Origin: Nemertoderma westbladi
Lineage: Eukaryota; Animalia; Xenacoelomorpha
Assembly: GCA_032718475.1 (NCBI GenBank)
Contig: JAUCBJ010008095.1
Location: 19,421-83,420 of the forward strand
Reading direction: 5' to 3'
DNA: 64,000 bases
Under the pieces are notes generated by a model, which worked only from the letters and a program-made list of their open reading frames with translations, did not search any database and had not been told where the DNA came from. Position numbers and translations under genes: made by a program. Numbering within the stretch: the stretch's first letter is position 1; every line of letters starts with the position of its first letter. This document shows positions 44,119 through 56,929 of this stretch, piece by piece.

Positions 44119-46428
44119 ATGATTTACGAGTTGCTAGTAAGCATAATATTAATTTCTGGTCTACGGAAACCAAATGGGGAAAAAATCCAAAATGGTTGCG
44201 AGGAAAAGTTATCAGGAATGGATTGGTATTTTAGTTTGGATGGAACTGATGGAACATCACCTATAATATTCAAGTGTCCAAACGTTACAGATAAAATCAC
44301 ACACAAAGGTCAACCATCTGGACTCACTGGGCAATATCACACCTCAGCAAAGTTCAAAACATACCCTTACGACATAACGACATGTGTAATGCATGTGGGT
44401 GCAGATAAATCCTTTCTTGACCACTTTATTATCGATGAGGGACTTTCCGAATGTGGTGATGAATCCAATCGGTGGAGTGTTCGAGATGAGATCGACAGCT
44501 ACATCAACAACATAAACAACATCATGTTATCAACCAACTACTCTAATTTTAAATACGAAACATCTGCCTTCGGCTTCGCTATAGGGGCTCGCTATTTAGT
44601 TCATGATAGTTGCCTGGACGACGCACTAAACAACGACTCCTATACTTTGGCAGTATTCGGAACTAACGAAACATTCTGCATGAAGATATTGTTCAGGTAC
44701 GACGATAAACTGAACTGGATAACTCGGCAGTTTCATGACCAGGGTGGTAATGAAGGTAAAAGTTCTTCCCCTTGCAACAGCAAGCTGTCCCATAGGAAAA
44801 TTATACCAGATGAGGCATCGTTAACGCAGAGAAGTAATATTCTAGAAATTAACAGGGGTTATAAAGACATAAATGGGGGGGTTATATCGTTTGATGAGTT
44901 TATCAATGAAGTGACGCGGGAACTGGCAGAAATAGTGTACAACGCCCCGTCTAAGGTTGCTGAAAAAAGGAAATCTATTGTTAAAGCATACTACCATTCT
45001 GATAATAAGTGTGTATTCAAAAACCTCACTAGTGATATATCTTATGTAAATTACTTTAATCATTCTCAGCGGACTTCAAAAAGACTAATGAGAACACTAG
45101 ACCCATGCACGATCCAAACAATGAAGCATAGTAGCAATGGTGTGGCCTGTCTCAATTACGTGCCTCAATCCTGGCAACTTAGGTGTATTTGTCCTATAAG
45201 TTACAGCGGAGAAAGTGCTGCGGATAACGTTACAACCTGTATCGTTCCGTACATGAGGGATACTTGGAGGCCGGTGAATTGCTTTTTATACAATTCGGAT
45301 AAAATCCTGCCAAAATTAAATAAAAACGATATAGAAGATGCATTCACCGGAAACACAGACCAAATAGAATTCTCTACAATCAGAAAACATGATGTAAAAA
45401 CACCAGAAGGAAAAGCTTCCCAATTGTATTTCAGTATCCCAAACACTTCCCATAACATCGACTCAATCACCTTGCGAAGGAATTTAACCTTTACTTGTGT
45501 CGCCAAGCATGTTGCTCTCCCACCTCTTCTACCAACTCCACACTGCTCTGTAACCGTTACCGCTGTCTTTCCCCCAAACAACATCAACATAACTGACACA
45601 AAGGGAAACCTCATCTCCGCCATATTTATTCTGATGACACATAATGTTACATATCAATACACCAATGAAACTAAGAAATCTAACATCACAGGAGTTTTCA
45701 CTTTACAATGTAATTACGATAGAGCAAATCCGGAACCAAAAGTTAAATGGTATTACATCAATGACGCAAGGAAATCTGTTAGTAACGAATCTGTATTTAA
45801 CTTAGATACAAGGAAAGAAGTGAAAGGTCAATATGTTTGTGAGATGGAGACGCAATATTTTAAAGTACCGGTAGTAAAAACAAATCTGCTTGTAACTGAG
45901 TTAGAACTGAAACTAATTCAGGATGCCCGCGGTATTCAAACACGATCACTTGATAGTAAATCGAATCAGGTATTCGCAAGCACTACATCAAAAGTCATCA
46001 TCAAGTGGGGTTTCCATGGAAACAGTCTGGATGACGTGATGACTGCCAGTCCGGTGCAATTCTTATGGTACGCGCCCGATGGTGAACTAATTAATTATGG
46101 GAGCAATAATAGAGTATTGGAAAGAAAGCTTACGGTTGAAGGAGTGTACTCAGCAACAATTAAAGGAGACCGAATCGCGAACGTCGATGGAGAGAGACAC
46201 ACAACAATTAAGTTTAACGTATCTATTATTCGGAGTGAAAATAAATATGAACCCCCACGAAGTAAAACTCAATCAGCTCCATCCCTCCATATTCCGCCTT
46301 TGTTCATAATTTGCGGATTGTGTGCAATAACGCTATTCCTTCTCGGTATAGTTGGAATAATCACAGACAGTTGTGATGAGGGAAGAAATAGAAAAATTAA
46401 AGTACATGAAAGTAAATACAGTAATTGA
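44119..46428 (+). CDS. Intronless type I membrane glycoprotein, 769 aa: signal peptide, Cys-containing N-terminal region, EGF-like motif, 2-3 Ig-like domains, TM helix, short tail
   Basis: Hydrophobic N-terminus; DPC...C...CICPISYSG..C; TFTCVAKH...VFPP; LQCNYDRANPEPKVKWY...GQYVCE; TM IPPLFIICGLCAITLFLLGIVGII; many NxS/T sites. Confidence 0.8.
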   Translation: MIYELLVSIILISGLRKPNGEKIQNGCEEKLSGMDWYFSLDGTDGTSPIIFKCPNVTDKITHKGQPSGLTGQYHTSAKFKTYPYDITTCVMHVGADKSFLDHFIIDEGLSECGDESNRWSVRDEIDSYINNINNIMLSTNYSNFKYETSAFGFAIGARYLVHDSCLDDALNNDSYTLAVFGTNETFCMKILFRYDDKLNWITRQFHDQGGNEGKSSSPCNSKLSHRKIIPDEASLTQRSNILEINRGYKDINGGVISFDEFINEVTRELAEIVYNAPSKVAEKRKSIVKAYYHSDNKCVFKNLTSDISYVNYFNHSQRTSKRLMRTLDPCTIQTMKHSSNGVACLNYVPQSWQLRCICPISYSGESAADNVTTCIVPYMRDTWRPVNCFLYNSDKILPKLNKNDIEDAFTGNTDQIEFSTIRKHDVKTPEGKASQLYFSIPNTSHNIDSITLRRNLTFTCVAKHVALPPLLPTPHCSVTVTAVFPPNNINITDTKGNLISAIFILMTHNVTYQYTNETKKSNITGVFTLQCNYDRANPEPKVKWYYINDARKSVSNESVFNLDTRKEVKGQYVCEMETQYFKVPVVKTNLLVTELELKLIQDARGIQTRSLDSKSNQVFASTTSKVIIKWGFHGNSLDDVMTASPVQFLWYAPDGELINYGSNNRVLERKLTVEGVYSATIKGDRIANVDGERHTTIKFNVSIIRSENKYEPPRSKTQSAPSLHIPPLFIICGLCAITLFLLGIVGIITDSCDEGRNRKIKVHESKYSN

Positions 46429-46789
46429 GTAAATTAATTGAGTAATGTATAAGTGTATTGATATCCCATTAATCTACGCCAATAACCGAAACACGTATCG
46501 CATTATTTGAGTTTCAAATATAATATTTCAATCTTTCAATATACATATCAGCATAACGTGCATAAGATTTTAAAGTTAGTGATACTTTTTTAACATAAAA
46601 AATGTGTTGACATTTTCTGCTTTAAGCAGTATGATAAACAAACAAACCAGGCTATCTCTCTAAATTAAAAAAAAACGGATACATAATCAATTAATAACCA
46701 TAAATTTTTACACTGTTTGCCAAACTGCATATAAATTCAAGCACCAATCCAATGTATAGACCTATACAGAATTTCATGGAATCTGGGGG

Positions 46790-47520
46790 CCTATACTACT
46801 ACGTCGAGCAATCTAGTTCAGTGGAAATGAGATCCTTCCAGGCTTCCCGATTCTCCATAGTTGCACTTTCCTTTCTCCCAAGTTCAGTATCCCTTTCAAG
46901 TTGGTCTCATAACCGTTCGCTTCCATGCCTTTGCTTTCCTAACTAAAGTTTTCTTTTTTTATTTATAAAGCAAGGTACTGGAAGTCATAAACTTCACTTA
47001 GTGGATTATTACTGTATTATAAAGTTTGGTGAAATAGTTTCCATGAAACATTAAAAGTCATGTATTCTTTATGCAATCCAACCTCCTTAGCAGCCCTTTC
47101 CACTTTGTTCAGTAGAAGCTGTGCATCTGAACTCGTATTAAAAAGCAGACTGATGGTTCATTCATAACCCTTTACAATTATAAACACTAAATGGTAACGA
47201 AGCCAATGTGTCGCCTTGCAGCAGTTGCAGTAGACCAGCCAGGATTGAGAAGAACCTAGTTTCACCATCTGGTGAAAGTACCTGAGCTTCTGTCTGTATC
47301 ACAATATAATAATCGAATGTCAGCAACGATTGCATCTGATAATTCATAGGGCCTAAGCTCTTAAAATTTCAAGCATTTTGCTGGAAATTCTATGCAGCTA
47401 TGGATGGAGTCAATCTCAGACGAATGCTTTCTTGAAGTTGATAAATGTCTACATTGCAGGAAGGCTCTTTGATTTTATTCCTTCACTCAGTTTCCGTAGC
47501 GTTAATAGGCCAATCTAAGT
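46790..47520 (-). mobile_element. Decayed, internally deleted RTE LINE fragments (same family as 50294-50658)
   Basis: The 3' end matches 50530-50650 in reverse and has a TAG tail. RT remnant FSILAGLLQ..GDTLA. Confidence 0.65.
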
Positions 47521-47814
47521 TATTGTTGTCTACCGGTATAACAGTATAAAGTTCAAAGTAAACATTCACTCACCTTCTTAGACGTCGCGTCAGCGCGTCA
47601 TATCTACCACTACAATTCACGTATTGGTCAATGATGAGACAATGTTTGTGGAATTTCGGACATCGGACATGAACATCAACCCAACCTGCCAACCCACCCC
47701 ACCTCAGCCCAGAGCCCACCCCTGCAGGGCTGCAGTCCTGCGGCTGCGCCTGCACCAATTCTGCAATTGGCTGCACCTCTGTCTGTCTGTAGGTAGGCCT
47801 ACCTACTGACCTAC

Positions 47815-47991
47815 CTTTTGCGGCGGCGTTCCAATCGATACTCCGACATAATAACCCGCGCCAGATAAACCTCCCATATCAACCGAATACAAACTCGATG
47901 AATCATTGGCGACGGCGTTGTTGTTCGACTGACAATTAAATTGGCAATTACTAAACAGTAACAAACATAGAATCCGCAACAAAATCTCCAT
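47815..47991 (-). CDS. BACE: First coding exon of a beta-secretase (BACE)-like A1 aspartic protease
   Basis: Signal peptide, then VDMGGLSGAGYYVGVSIGTPPQK (compare BACE1 [24 protein letters not shown]), ending at a phase-0 donor AAG|GTAGGT. Confidence 0.75.
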
Positions 47992-48414
47992 CTTGCCACT
48001 TGCGGAATTCAGGTATTAGGCTATCGAAGCCAGCCGCACTGTTCAGCTGGTATTTTGTATCGGTATTGTCTTGCTGTCTGACTGCTACATAACAGTCAGA
48101 CAGTAGTGGCACGGTACGGCCAACGGGAACTGGGAATATAAATTAGAGAGTTACGAGCAGACGAGTACCGTATATCCTGTTATCTCTGTATCTGTTATCT
48201 CCAAATTAATTATTTATTATCGCATAGTTCAGCAGTTCAGTCTGTCAGTAGGCCTACTACAGTCAGACAGTACTACTACAGTTGCAGAGTTGTGCAGTTG
48301 CAGTACAGCAGTAGCCAATACTCAGATACTGCACTACTGCAGTAGGTTCTTCTGTTGCTTGTCAGCTGGCAGGTTTGTAGTCCAGTGAGTAGTGTACAGG
48401 TGTATACAGGCTGA

Positions 48415-48770
48415 CAGGGGTTGTTTGAAAAAGGTGGACTGGACACAGAAAACATGGACAACGGACAGACCAATCAGAAACGTATTATGTAAAGCAGTTT
48501 GTAGCAATTGGTCTGTCCACCTTTTTCAAGTTTTCGCTTTCTTAGTTACATAATTGGGAATAAGATGTGTGTTTGAAAAAGGTGAAAGGTGGACTGGACA
48601 CATGCACAAAAAACATAGATAATAGCCTGACCAATCAGAAACGTATTAAAGCAATGCTATTTATTAGTGATTGGACTGTCCACCTTTTTCATGTTTCAAT
48701 TATCTATCTATAATGAACATGCTGGAAGCAGCTGCATTAAGAACGCTGCCGGTGTCCTAGGCGTATCTAC

Positions 48771-48806
<36 letters not shown>

Positions 48807-50161
48807 TATAGGACTTACAGCATAATAATAGTAGGTCTAGCGTACCGTACAGCACTTTAACTTGGATTTATTGGTTTATTTTTGTGGTTGGGTTAGTTGG
48901 TCAGGCCCAAACCCTAATTAAAACTGTCATTAGTAACCCTATAACCTTAAAGTCACATGCTCTAATCTAAGAAATTTTGTGGAATTTAGGATCCAAAATA
49001 TTTAAGGTTGGGGTTACATGACAGTTTTAATTAAGGTTTTGGGCCTCCATTTCCACTTTGAATTATGGTTTCGGACCGCGACTCCCAAAATATGGGGACT
49101 TATTTACCTCCCTCGCTGCGCTCGGTCGTTTAAAAACAGATCTCGGGATGAAGGGTAAATAAAGCATATTCTATTTCCCTCTCAGTGCAATAGGTAGTTA
49201 TTATAATTAACTTTATACTATAATGAGTTAGAATATTGACGTTCCAATATTGATGCTAAGGCTAGGCTCGGCTCACAGACTTCGTGGCTCGGCCCATATT
49301 ATTGAACTAGGCCTATTTCGACAACTTCGGTAGCCTCAGAATCTTTTCAAATATCGCCAATCTCGCACAGAACGTCGTCAAAATTTGTTAGTCCGTCAAA
49401 AAAACGCACTAATTCGTCTAAAATAGTAAATTATTGGTTGCAGAATAATATGATTCAAACTAGAAAAGCCAGTAACAGAGTAAGCTGGCTGGCTATAAGG
49501 AAACCGTCCATAGACAAACGTAGTGTTAGTTGGGTCCCTCATTCATTATCATCAACCTATAAACCATTTGAACGGCCCAGTGCTTACAATGATATTCCTA
49601 TAGGATTCACTGGGAAGAGCTATTCAGCTGGGGGGTACATTATACAAAATAACAGTTGATGTTTGATTACTGTCTGGGTTAGAGTGAGATAGTAATAAAT
49701 TTGGCAAGTAATATACTTCTCTGCAGTTTGGGCTATCCATTCAATAAATAGTAGTAGCTTACTAGGCCCTCATGAGAACCAGCAGCTGGTGTTTCTATCG
49801 TTGAATTGATGGCAATTTTCGTGTTTTCATTTTCACTCACTCAGGGTACTGCGGTACTGGTTTGAGGGACAGGTTCGTTTAAAGCCAGCTTGCTGGCTTT
49901 CTAGTAATAACAATAATAATCCATAAAAATCTTCTGAAGTTTTTTTGAAAAACGTGGACAGAGCTGCTATAATGTGCAAATCAATCTGATTGGTCAATTC
50001 AGCCTGTTCTTTCTCAACCCAGTCCACCTTATTCAAATTTGAAAAAGATGGACAACAAAGCTGAAAATGGTGGACATGCCGTGTGACGCTAATCGCCCGT
50101 GATTGGTCTGTCCATTGTCCATGTTTCCTGTGTCCAGTCCACCTTTTTCGAACACCCGCTG
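48415..50161. mobile_element. Non-autonomous DNA transposon with ~65-bp TIRs (CAG.GG.TGTT.GAAAAAGGTGGACTGGACACAG) and subterminal repeats
   Basis: Inverted match between 48415-48480 and 50100-50161. The TSD is not clean. Confidence 0.7.
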
Positions 50162-50293
50162 ACAGGTACATGTAGTGTGTACGTGATGGATAATACAGTT
50201 TAGGGCAGTAGGGTACAGTACCAGGTATGGATCGACCGAATTTAATTTGCCGAAACGGAACCGAACCGAATTAAGAAAAATTAGGCAAATTTG

Positions 50294-50658
50294 ATTGATG
50301 GATGGTTGCTACACAAGACTACTAAGGGCAGCCCTAAACATCAGCTGGAGACAACACATGACAAATGCCGAGCTTTATGGTACAATACCACCTGTATCAA
50401 CCACCCTCCGTGAACGCAGATTAAGATTCAGTGGGCACTGCTGGCGAAGTAAAGACGAGGTCATACCAGATGCACTTTTCTGGCAACCAACTCATGGAAA
50501 GCGTAGTCGTGGACGACCGGCCATAACATATATAGATCAACGTGAAAGGGATACTGAACTTGGGAGAAACGAAATTGCGACAACTATGGAGAATCGGGAA
50601 GCCTGGAAGGATCTCATTTCCACTATCCGAGTTCGCTCGACTTAGTAGTAGTAGTAGA
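50294..50658 (+). mobile_element. RTE LINE 3' fragment with (TAG)5 tail and probable TSD CAAATTTG
   Basis: DGCYTRLLR..LNISW...RRLRFSGHCWR...RGRP...R..W is the RTE C-terminus. Confidence 0.85.
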
Positions 50659-51049
50659 CAAATTTGGAACCGAATATTGAAAGATTTGACATTAAGATTA
50701 AAGTGCCAAAGCATAAATACATTATTATTATTAAACACCTCGTATAATATTTAGAGAGGGAGAAAAGCACCAAGGTTACGTCAGTACGTAGCAGGTGATA
50801 TGTATGATACGTTCTCGTAGCGAACACTAACAGGAACAGGTGAATGTTTCCTAATTTAAAACACACCAATAAAATACAATAGGGTCTACTAGTGATTCAG
50901 TTTAATATACTGCATTTACAAAGCTCTATTAAATTTACAATACCTCAGTACATTAACATTTTTTACCATCGAATAAAATATATCTTTGTTCGTCGAGTTT
51001 ACGACCTCAACCGGTAAATTATTATATATATTAACTATTTGATTACCAA

Positions 51050-52400
51050 AGGAGAACTTACTAATCTGGAGCCTGGAACGTTGTTGAAACGTCTACAGTT
51101 TGTTAAAACATCTCGACCCTGACCTACTAGAACTTTTGAAAAATATATCATAGTCTAAATCAACAACATTGTTAATTATGTAATAAGTCATCTTTAAATC
51201 GTAAACAATCCTACGTACTGGTACTGTACTTCTAAAGGTTGTGGGGCGAGCCACGAAGTTGGCGGAGCCTTAGCGAATTGACACTGTTAGGGGGTGGGTC
51301 AATTTATGCAAATAGTTGTCGTCGTCGTCGTTGTCGTCGTCGTCGTCGTTGTCGTCGTCGTTACGATTTTGACATGCTAATAACTTTGTCGGATTTAAAG
51401 CTGCCAAGTTGAAAATTTGTAGGTATCAATATGAGCAAAAGTTGAGATTTTTGAGAGACTTTCAGACACCATCAGTGCAATGGTCTCCCGCTAGAGGGCC
51501 ACATGTCTAAACATTAAATGCCCTCCCATTTCTTTGCTTTTAATCCGTTTAAGCTGAAACATGGCAGATATGTATTAGACCATTAGCTGTGACTTTCAAA
51601 GGAGGCGAATCCATCTGCAGTTCTCCAGTCTGCCGCTAGAGGGCCAAAGGTCTGAAAGTGAAAACAACTAACGACGACAACTATTTGCATAAATTGACTC
51701 ACCCCCTAACAGTGTCAATTCGCTAAGGCTTCGCCAACTTCGTGCTGCGCGAAGTCCCCACTTCGTGTAAAGTTAAGTATTGCAAACGTTCCAGATAACT
51801 TCGGCTACTGAGTCCACATCGAGCAAATAGTCTACTGTACGTGTAAAGTAACGTTGCACTCTTTCTATTAAATCTATAGAACTCAGATGGAAAGGGGACC
51901 ACCGGTGTACAATATTCTACAAGCGGTCTCACATAGGATTTGTAAGCCGTTAATAATGCACTCAAGTTACTAGTCTGAACGCACCTGAAAATTAAGTTTG
52001 CAATTTTGAAAGTTTTTGCAGCTTTGCAATTTACAATGCAAATCAAATTTCAAGTTCACAGAAAAAGTAATCCCTTAATCTATACAATAATCCTATTACC
52101 AATAATTACATTCAGAGTATGACTACAGAGAAAAGCTTCAATCCATCATAACAAATCACCGGTTACCCCATAACTGGCCAATTTATGTATCAACCTCCGG
52201 CGAACAACGGAATCGAATGCCTTGGCTAAATCGACATATTCATACAACATCAACTGTATAGCGTTTGTCTAAAACCTTGTACCATTCATTTGACCATTCC
52301 AAAAGTTGACTACATTTCGTTCTACATTTCACAAAACCGTGCTGCGCCTTCGATACAATTTTATTTTTGTTTCAATTTTTCATAATGAACTTTCAAAGAA
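51050..52400 (-). mobile_element. Decayed CR1-like LINE remnant, interrupted by a MITE
   Basis: QHGFVK, YVDLAKAFDSV and AYKSYVRPLVEYC fragments. Boundaries approximate. Confidence 0.7.
51241..51760. mobile_element. MITE with ~90-bp TIRs and a (GTC)n microsatellite; related terminus at 63954-63977
   Basis: GTGGGG...CACGAAGTTGGCG.AGCCTTAGCGAATTGACACTGTTAGGGGGTG is inverted at 51670-51760. Confidence 0.85.
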
Positions 52401-55400
52401 GGTTCCAAAAGTTTTAACCAAAACAACAAACCGAATGCGATAACATTTCATTAACTTATATACGCAATTACTTGAAAATGTATCCAAGGGGAAGGAGAGT
52501 TTGACACCCATTCAGAACCGTAATCTACGATGCTGAACGATACTCTACCGTTAGTTGCCTTAGGATGGTAGCCTTTTAACGGTCTGCTTTAGTTAATCCA
52601 AAGGTCCCGATGCCATCCAAGGTTTGATCCCAACTTCTACGGTGTTTAAACAGTACAGTAGGTATGCTGTTCTACTATGCCGATGAGTATAACATTGCTA
52701 TCGATCCTGAACGCCTCGTGCCGATCAATTGTTCGCCATGGAGGTAAATTTTATCGGTAGAAACCGTTAGCCATCCTAGAATACCGATCAGAAATGCCTG
52801 GTGTACCGTTAACCATGTAGGGTACCGCTCAGAATATATAAGAGTCCTCCCCTACCTACATAATACTCAATGCAAAATAATAAAATAATTTTCCCACCAA
52901 AAATAATAAAAAAAAAAAATTTTGTAACCAGTACTGCCAATCAATTCCCAATGAAAAATAACGCAAAAAATTTATTTTAAATTTGCCTAATTTTTTGGCG
53001 ACTGGTAAATTATTTTCCATCTGCTATATCTCCGGAACGCTTTGTGCAAATTCGATGGGGTTTTTATTTTTCAACTTAATTCGATGTCCTCTTTCAGCCT
53101 ATCCATGTTTCGAAACCCCAAACATCGCCGTTCAAAAATTAATTTTTTCTAGTTCTAAAATTTTACGAATTTGAAAAAAGTTGCAATATTTTATTAACGC
53201 CTTTACGGAATTCGATGGGGTTTTCAATTTTTATATTAAACGCAATATCCTAAATCTCACTATCCTAGTTTCGCGTCACCAATACCCAGACTTCATACTT
53301 TTTGATGACATTTTTGTAGAATAATTTGTATTTAATTACATTTATCACGATTTCTTATTACTGGGTGCACATGAGTTGATAGAGTTTTCAATTTATTAAC
53401 TAAACTCGATATCGCGCATCGGACCAGCGTGGTTTCGAAATTCCAAAACGAGATCTTGATTATTTGCAGGTTGATTTTGTTCTAGAATTAAGCAACTAAT
53501 AATAGATCGAATTTTAATAATTATTGTATGAAATATAATTGTATTTTTACATAATTAGTTCTATACTACTGTATTTATCATTGTCTATTTTATTTGAAAG
53601 AAAAAGTCGGTTCCTTAACGGGGCCTTAAGCTAGGCCCGTTTCTAGTTTTATTTATGAGTAAATAATCAGCTAGTTCGTTTTTTATACAAAGTTCCATAA
53701 GTTTGCACGATACAGAGAAACAGGGCGGTAATTATATGGGTCCGTTGATATCATCGCTGATCTGGCAGAAAAGACAAAGTGTAAAAATGAAATTCTGAAA
53801 TAATCGAGTTTTTATTTATAACTTTTTAAAAAATAAATGAATTACGCTGAATTTTGGAACGTATACTAATTAAATAATTCCCCATACGTGCAAAACATTA
53901 CTTTTTTTGTAAAAAATATATTTAGCTGGTTTCTGGGTCACTTTGACCTTTTGGCACCAATGATTTTCTAAAATATATTACATACATGAATGTCTGGCAA
54001 AAAAGTCAAAGTGATGATTATTGTTAATTATATAGATGATATTGTATACAATGATACATGATTCACTGAGTGACACCACCCACTCTTCCCATTTTTCTAT
54101 AAATCTTCATGAGATTGTATGAAATTTGAAACAGAAATACTTTCACCTTCCAACTGTTTAGCGGTTGAGTCGGAATTTTCGTTTTTAATCTTTTGCTACA
54201 AGCGGTTAAAAAGGGAAATAAATTTACCTTGAAAATCGTGATAATGAATTTTTATGTTAAAGTTCCATTAATAATGGATTTTTTTAAACCGTGAAGTGGA
54301 ACAGAAACATTATATTTATAATTTCTTTTGACAGTATTAGTTTGCAATAAACTGGGTTTGTCCAATGTGGTAGTAGACGATGTTATTAAGAGCGAAAATC
54401 ATTAAAAATACGATTTTGATCATCAAACGTAAAGTCAAGAAACATTTATAACGACAGCCACATTCGACTCGTGTTGGTTACTTACTACAGTATCAATACC
54501 TTTTCTCTCCCTATTACTAGTATAAGAACTAGTACTAGTATGCGGCTATTGCTTTAGTTCTAATTTGACGATTTTCTAGAGATGCACCTTTTGAACCCCT
54601 TTTGGGTTTTGTTACAAACATTTTGTTTTAACATAGTCTCAGCACGTTTCATGTTGGAGACAATCTCCGTAATAGTATCAAATCCTTCGAACACTTCTTC
54701 AGGTAAATAGCCATTGTCAACAATCTCGTTCATTGAGATATTGTCAACTCGCACTGGAGACATCGCAACATTATTGAGATATTAGTTTGTAATAATGGTG
54801 GTTGTGATAACTATATTGTTAATATAGGTCTATCATGCTTGTTGGTTCTAGAATTTCTAGCAACTCATTGGGTAAAAGTCCCCTGTACTCATCGTTTATG
54901 ATATTACAAATAGATTTATTCGTATTTCCTATAGTAATTTGTATTAATTATAGGCCTATAAATAACATTCAGTATTAATTAGTAATATTAATAAAAAGTA
55001 AGGGGGCCAAAATAAAGCCAAATCAGTATTCCTATAACGTACAACCAATCTATGATCCGTTTGAACCCTTAATGATTAATTACTAAAATTAATATGAAAA
55101 TAATAAAATATTGCTAGCAGAAGTTAAATAAATAATATTAAAGTATTGTAACAACAAACTATATTCAGTAACATAACCGATTCCTGAAGTAGTTTATCAT
55201 TGATAATATATACTATACAGTTATGAAGGAAAGTATAATTATTATTGGCCTATGAATTTAAAAGGTTCTAGCAACAATCGTAGAAAGAGCAGAAGAAAAG
55301 CACATACAGTAAACTTTCAGTTTAGCACTACAGCTTAAGTAATAGGGGTAGGCTGAAAAATCACTTTGGCTTTTTTGGCCACATGTATTTAAACTTAAAA

Positions 55401-55687
55401 TGGTTATAATGAGGTTTGGTAGAAGATGCAAAGTGATAATATGGTAAATATTCTGTACTTTGGCCTTTCTGCCAGGTAGGATTTCCAGCCGATCTCACTT
55501 TGAGGTTTCTACACCTCCGCAATGTCCCAAGATTGTATATTCAACAAAAACCCCATTTTTGAAAAATTTACACTTTGGCCTTTCTGCCAGAGCAGCGATG
55601 ATATGGAATTTCGTAAAATATTAATGTTTATTATTATATAATATTTATTTTTTACCAATAGAGTTTAAAATGTTTTTTGCTATTGGT

Positions 55688-55841
55688 CTGGGTGGGTCTA
55701 GGGTCCCTGGGTGGGTCTAGGGTCCCTGGGTGGGTCTAGGGTCCCTGGGTGGGTCTAGGGTCCCTGGGTGGGTCTAGGGTCCCTGGGTGGGTCTAGGGTC
55801 CCTGGGTGGGTCTAGGGTCCCTGGGTGGGTCTAGGGTCCCT
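55688..55841. repeat. 8 x 19-bp perfect tandem repeat (TGGGTGGGTCTAGGGTCCC)
   Basis: Read directly. Confidence 0.95.
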
Positions 55842-56929
55842 AAGGTTTTGACTTCCTGGGGACCGAAAATCCATGACGTAATCCTTCCCTGGAGGGCTGA
55901 AGACGTCCAGACGCAGGTTCACGTATAAAGAAATATAAAATAACTTTCAGTTTCAAACTTGTTAATAGGACCCTGAATAACTCTATTGGTGTAACAGGTG
56001 CTGCAGTAATATAGTAAGTTTTTACTGATAATCTCTCTATTAATGATCTACTATCAGCATGTTAGTCATATGTTACCACCTTCAATGTCTCTAAGAAAAT
56101 AACAAAACCAAACATAATAATGTTATTCTAGAATAATAAATCGAAAATTATAGTTATAGCGATTTACGACTCTAAATTTACACCTTAGTATTTTAATAAT
56201 ATCATTGGCAATTTTTTTTAAGCTGTTTTCAGATTCGGAATCTGCAGATGAAGGTGATTTCTAATGATATCTAGATTATGTTCCAAAGACGAAAAATAAA
56301 GGCAGCGCAAAGATGGTAAAATCTTGTACAATAGACGATTTTTAACGGCTTGTTGAATAGAAATAGCGCATAAATTAAAAAATACGGCTCTGCCAGCAGT
56401 AAGAAAAGTTGTTAAACTATCATCATATCAAATTTCCTTGTATTTTATTGAAATTTGAAAAAAATTAGGGGGGGGGGGGGCTCCGACCCCCTAAAAATGG
56501 TTGTTGTATTAAGGGAGATGGTGTATACAAAGCAACATTTACAAGCATTAAAATTCAAACTTACAAATGACCAGGTGACGACAACTCAAATTCAAAGTAT
56601 AAGTTTAAATAGTTAATCCTAAGCATCATATACTATGACATACACAGATATTATGAGATATTAACATAACAATCAAAGTGTAATCCCTGAATGGAATGCT
56701 AGTGATATAGCATGATCCCATACATTCCATGATCCCTGTCACATATAAAAATGTCCAACCTGAATAGAATACTATTCGGAGAATTTGATATTTTACTTAA
56801 ACTCTCAACTTCATTGATGAAGAAAACAAATCATTTTTACTTTAGTTTTTTGTTGTTGAAACATAAATCAAACATAAATAAAAAACACAAGGTAACGGCC
56901 TGAGTAAATATTGGCGTCATATAATATAG

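Noticed and set aside
48720-48760. Minus-strand DTGS after an AG, as a possible BACE exon 2
   Set aside because: It lies upstream of exon 1, inside a MITE, and lacks the surrounding aspartic protease context.
52488-52851. Old foldback element
   Set aside because: Inverted arms too diverged to support by eye.
54560-54763. 67-aa ORF as an exon or gene
   Set aside because: No recognisable motif or convincing splice sites.
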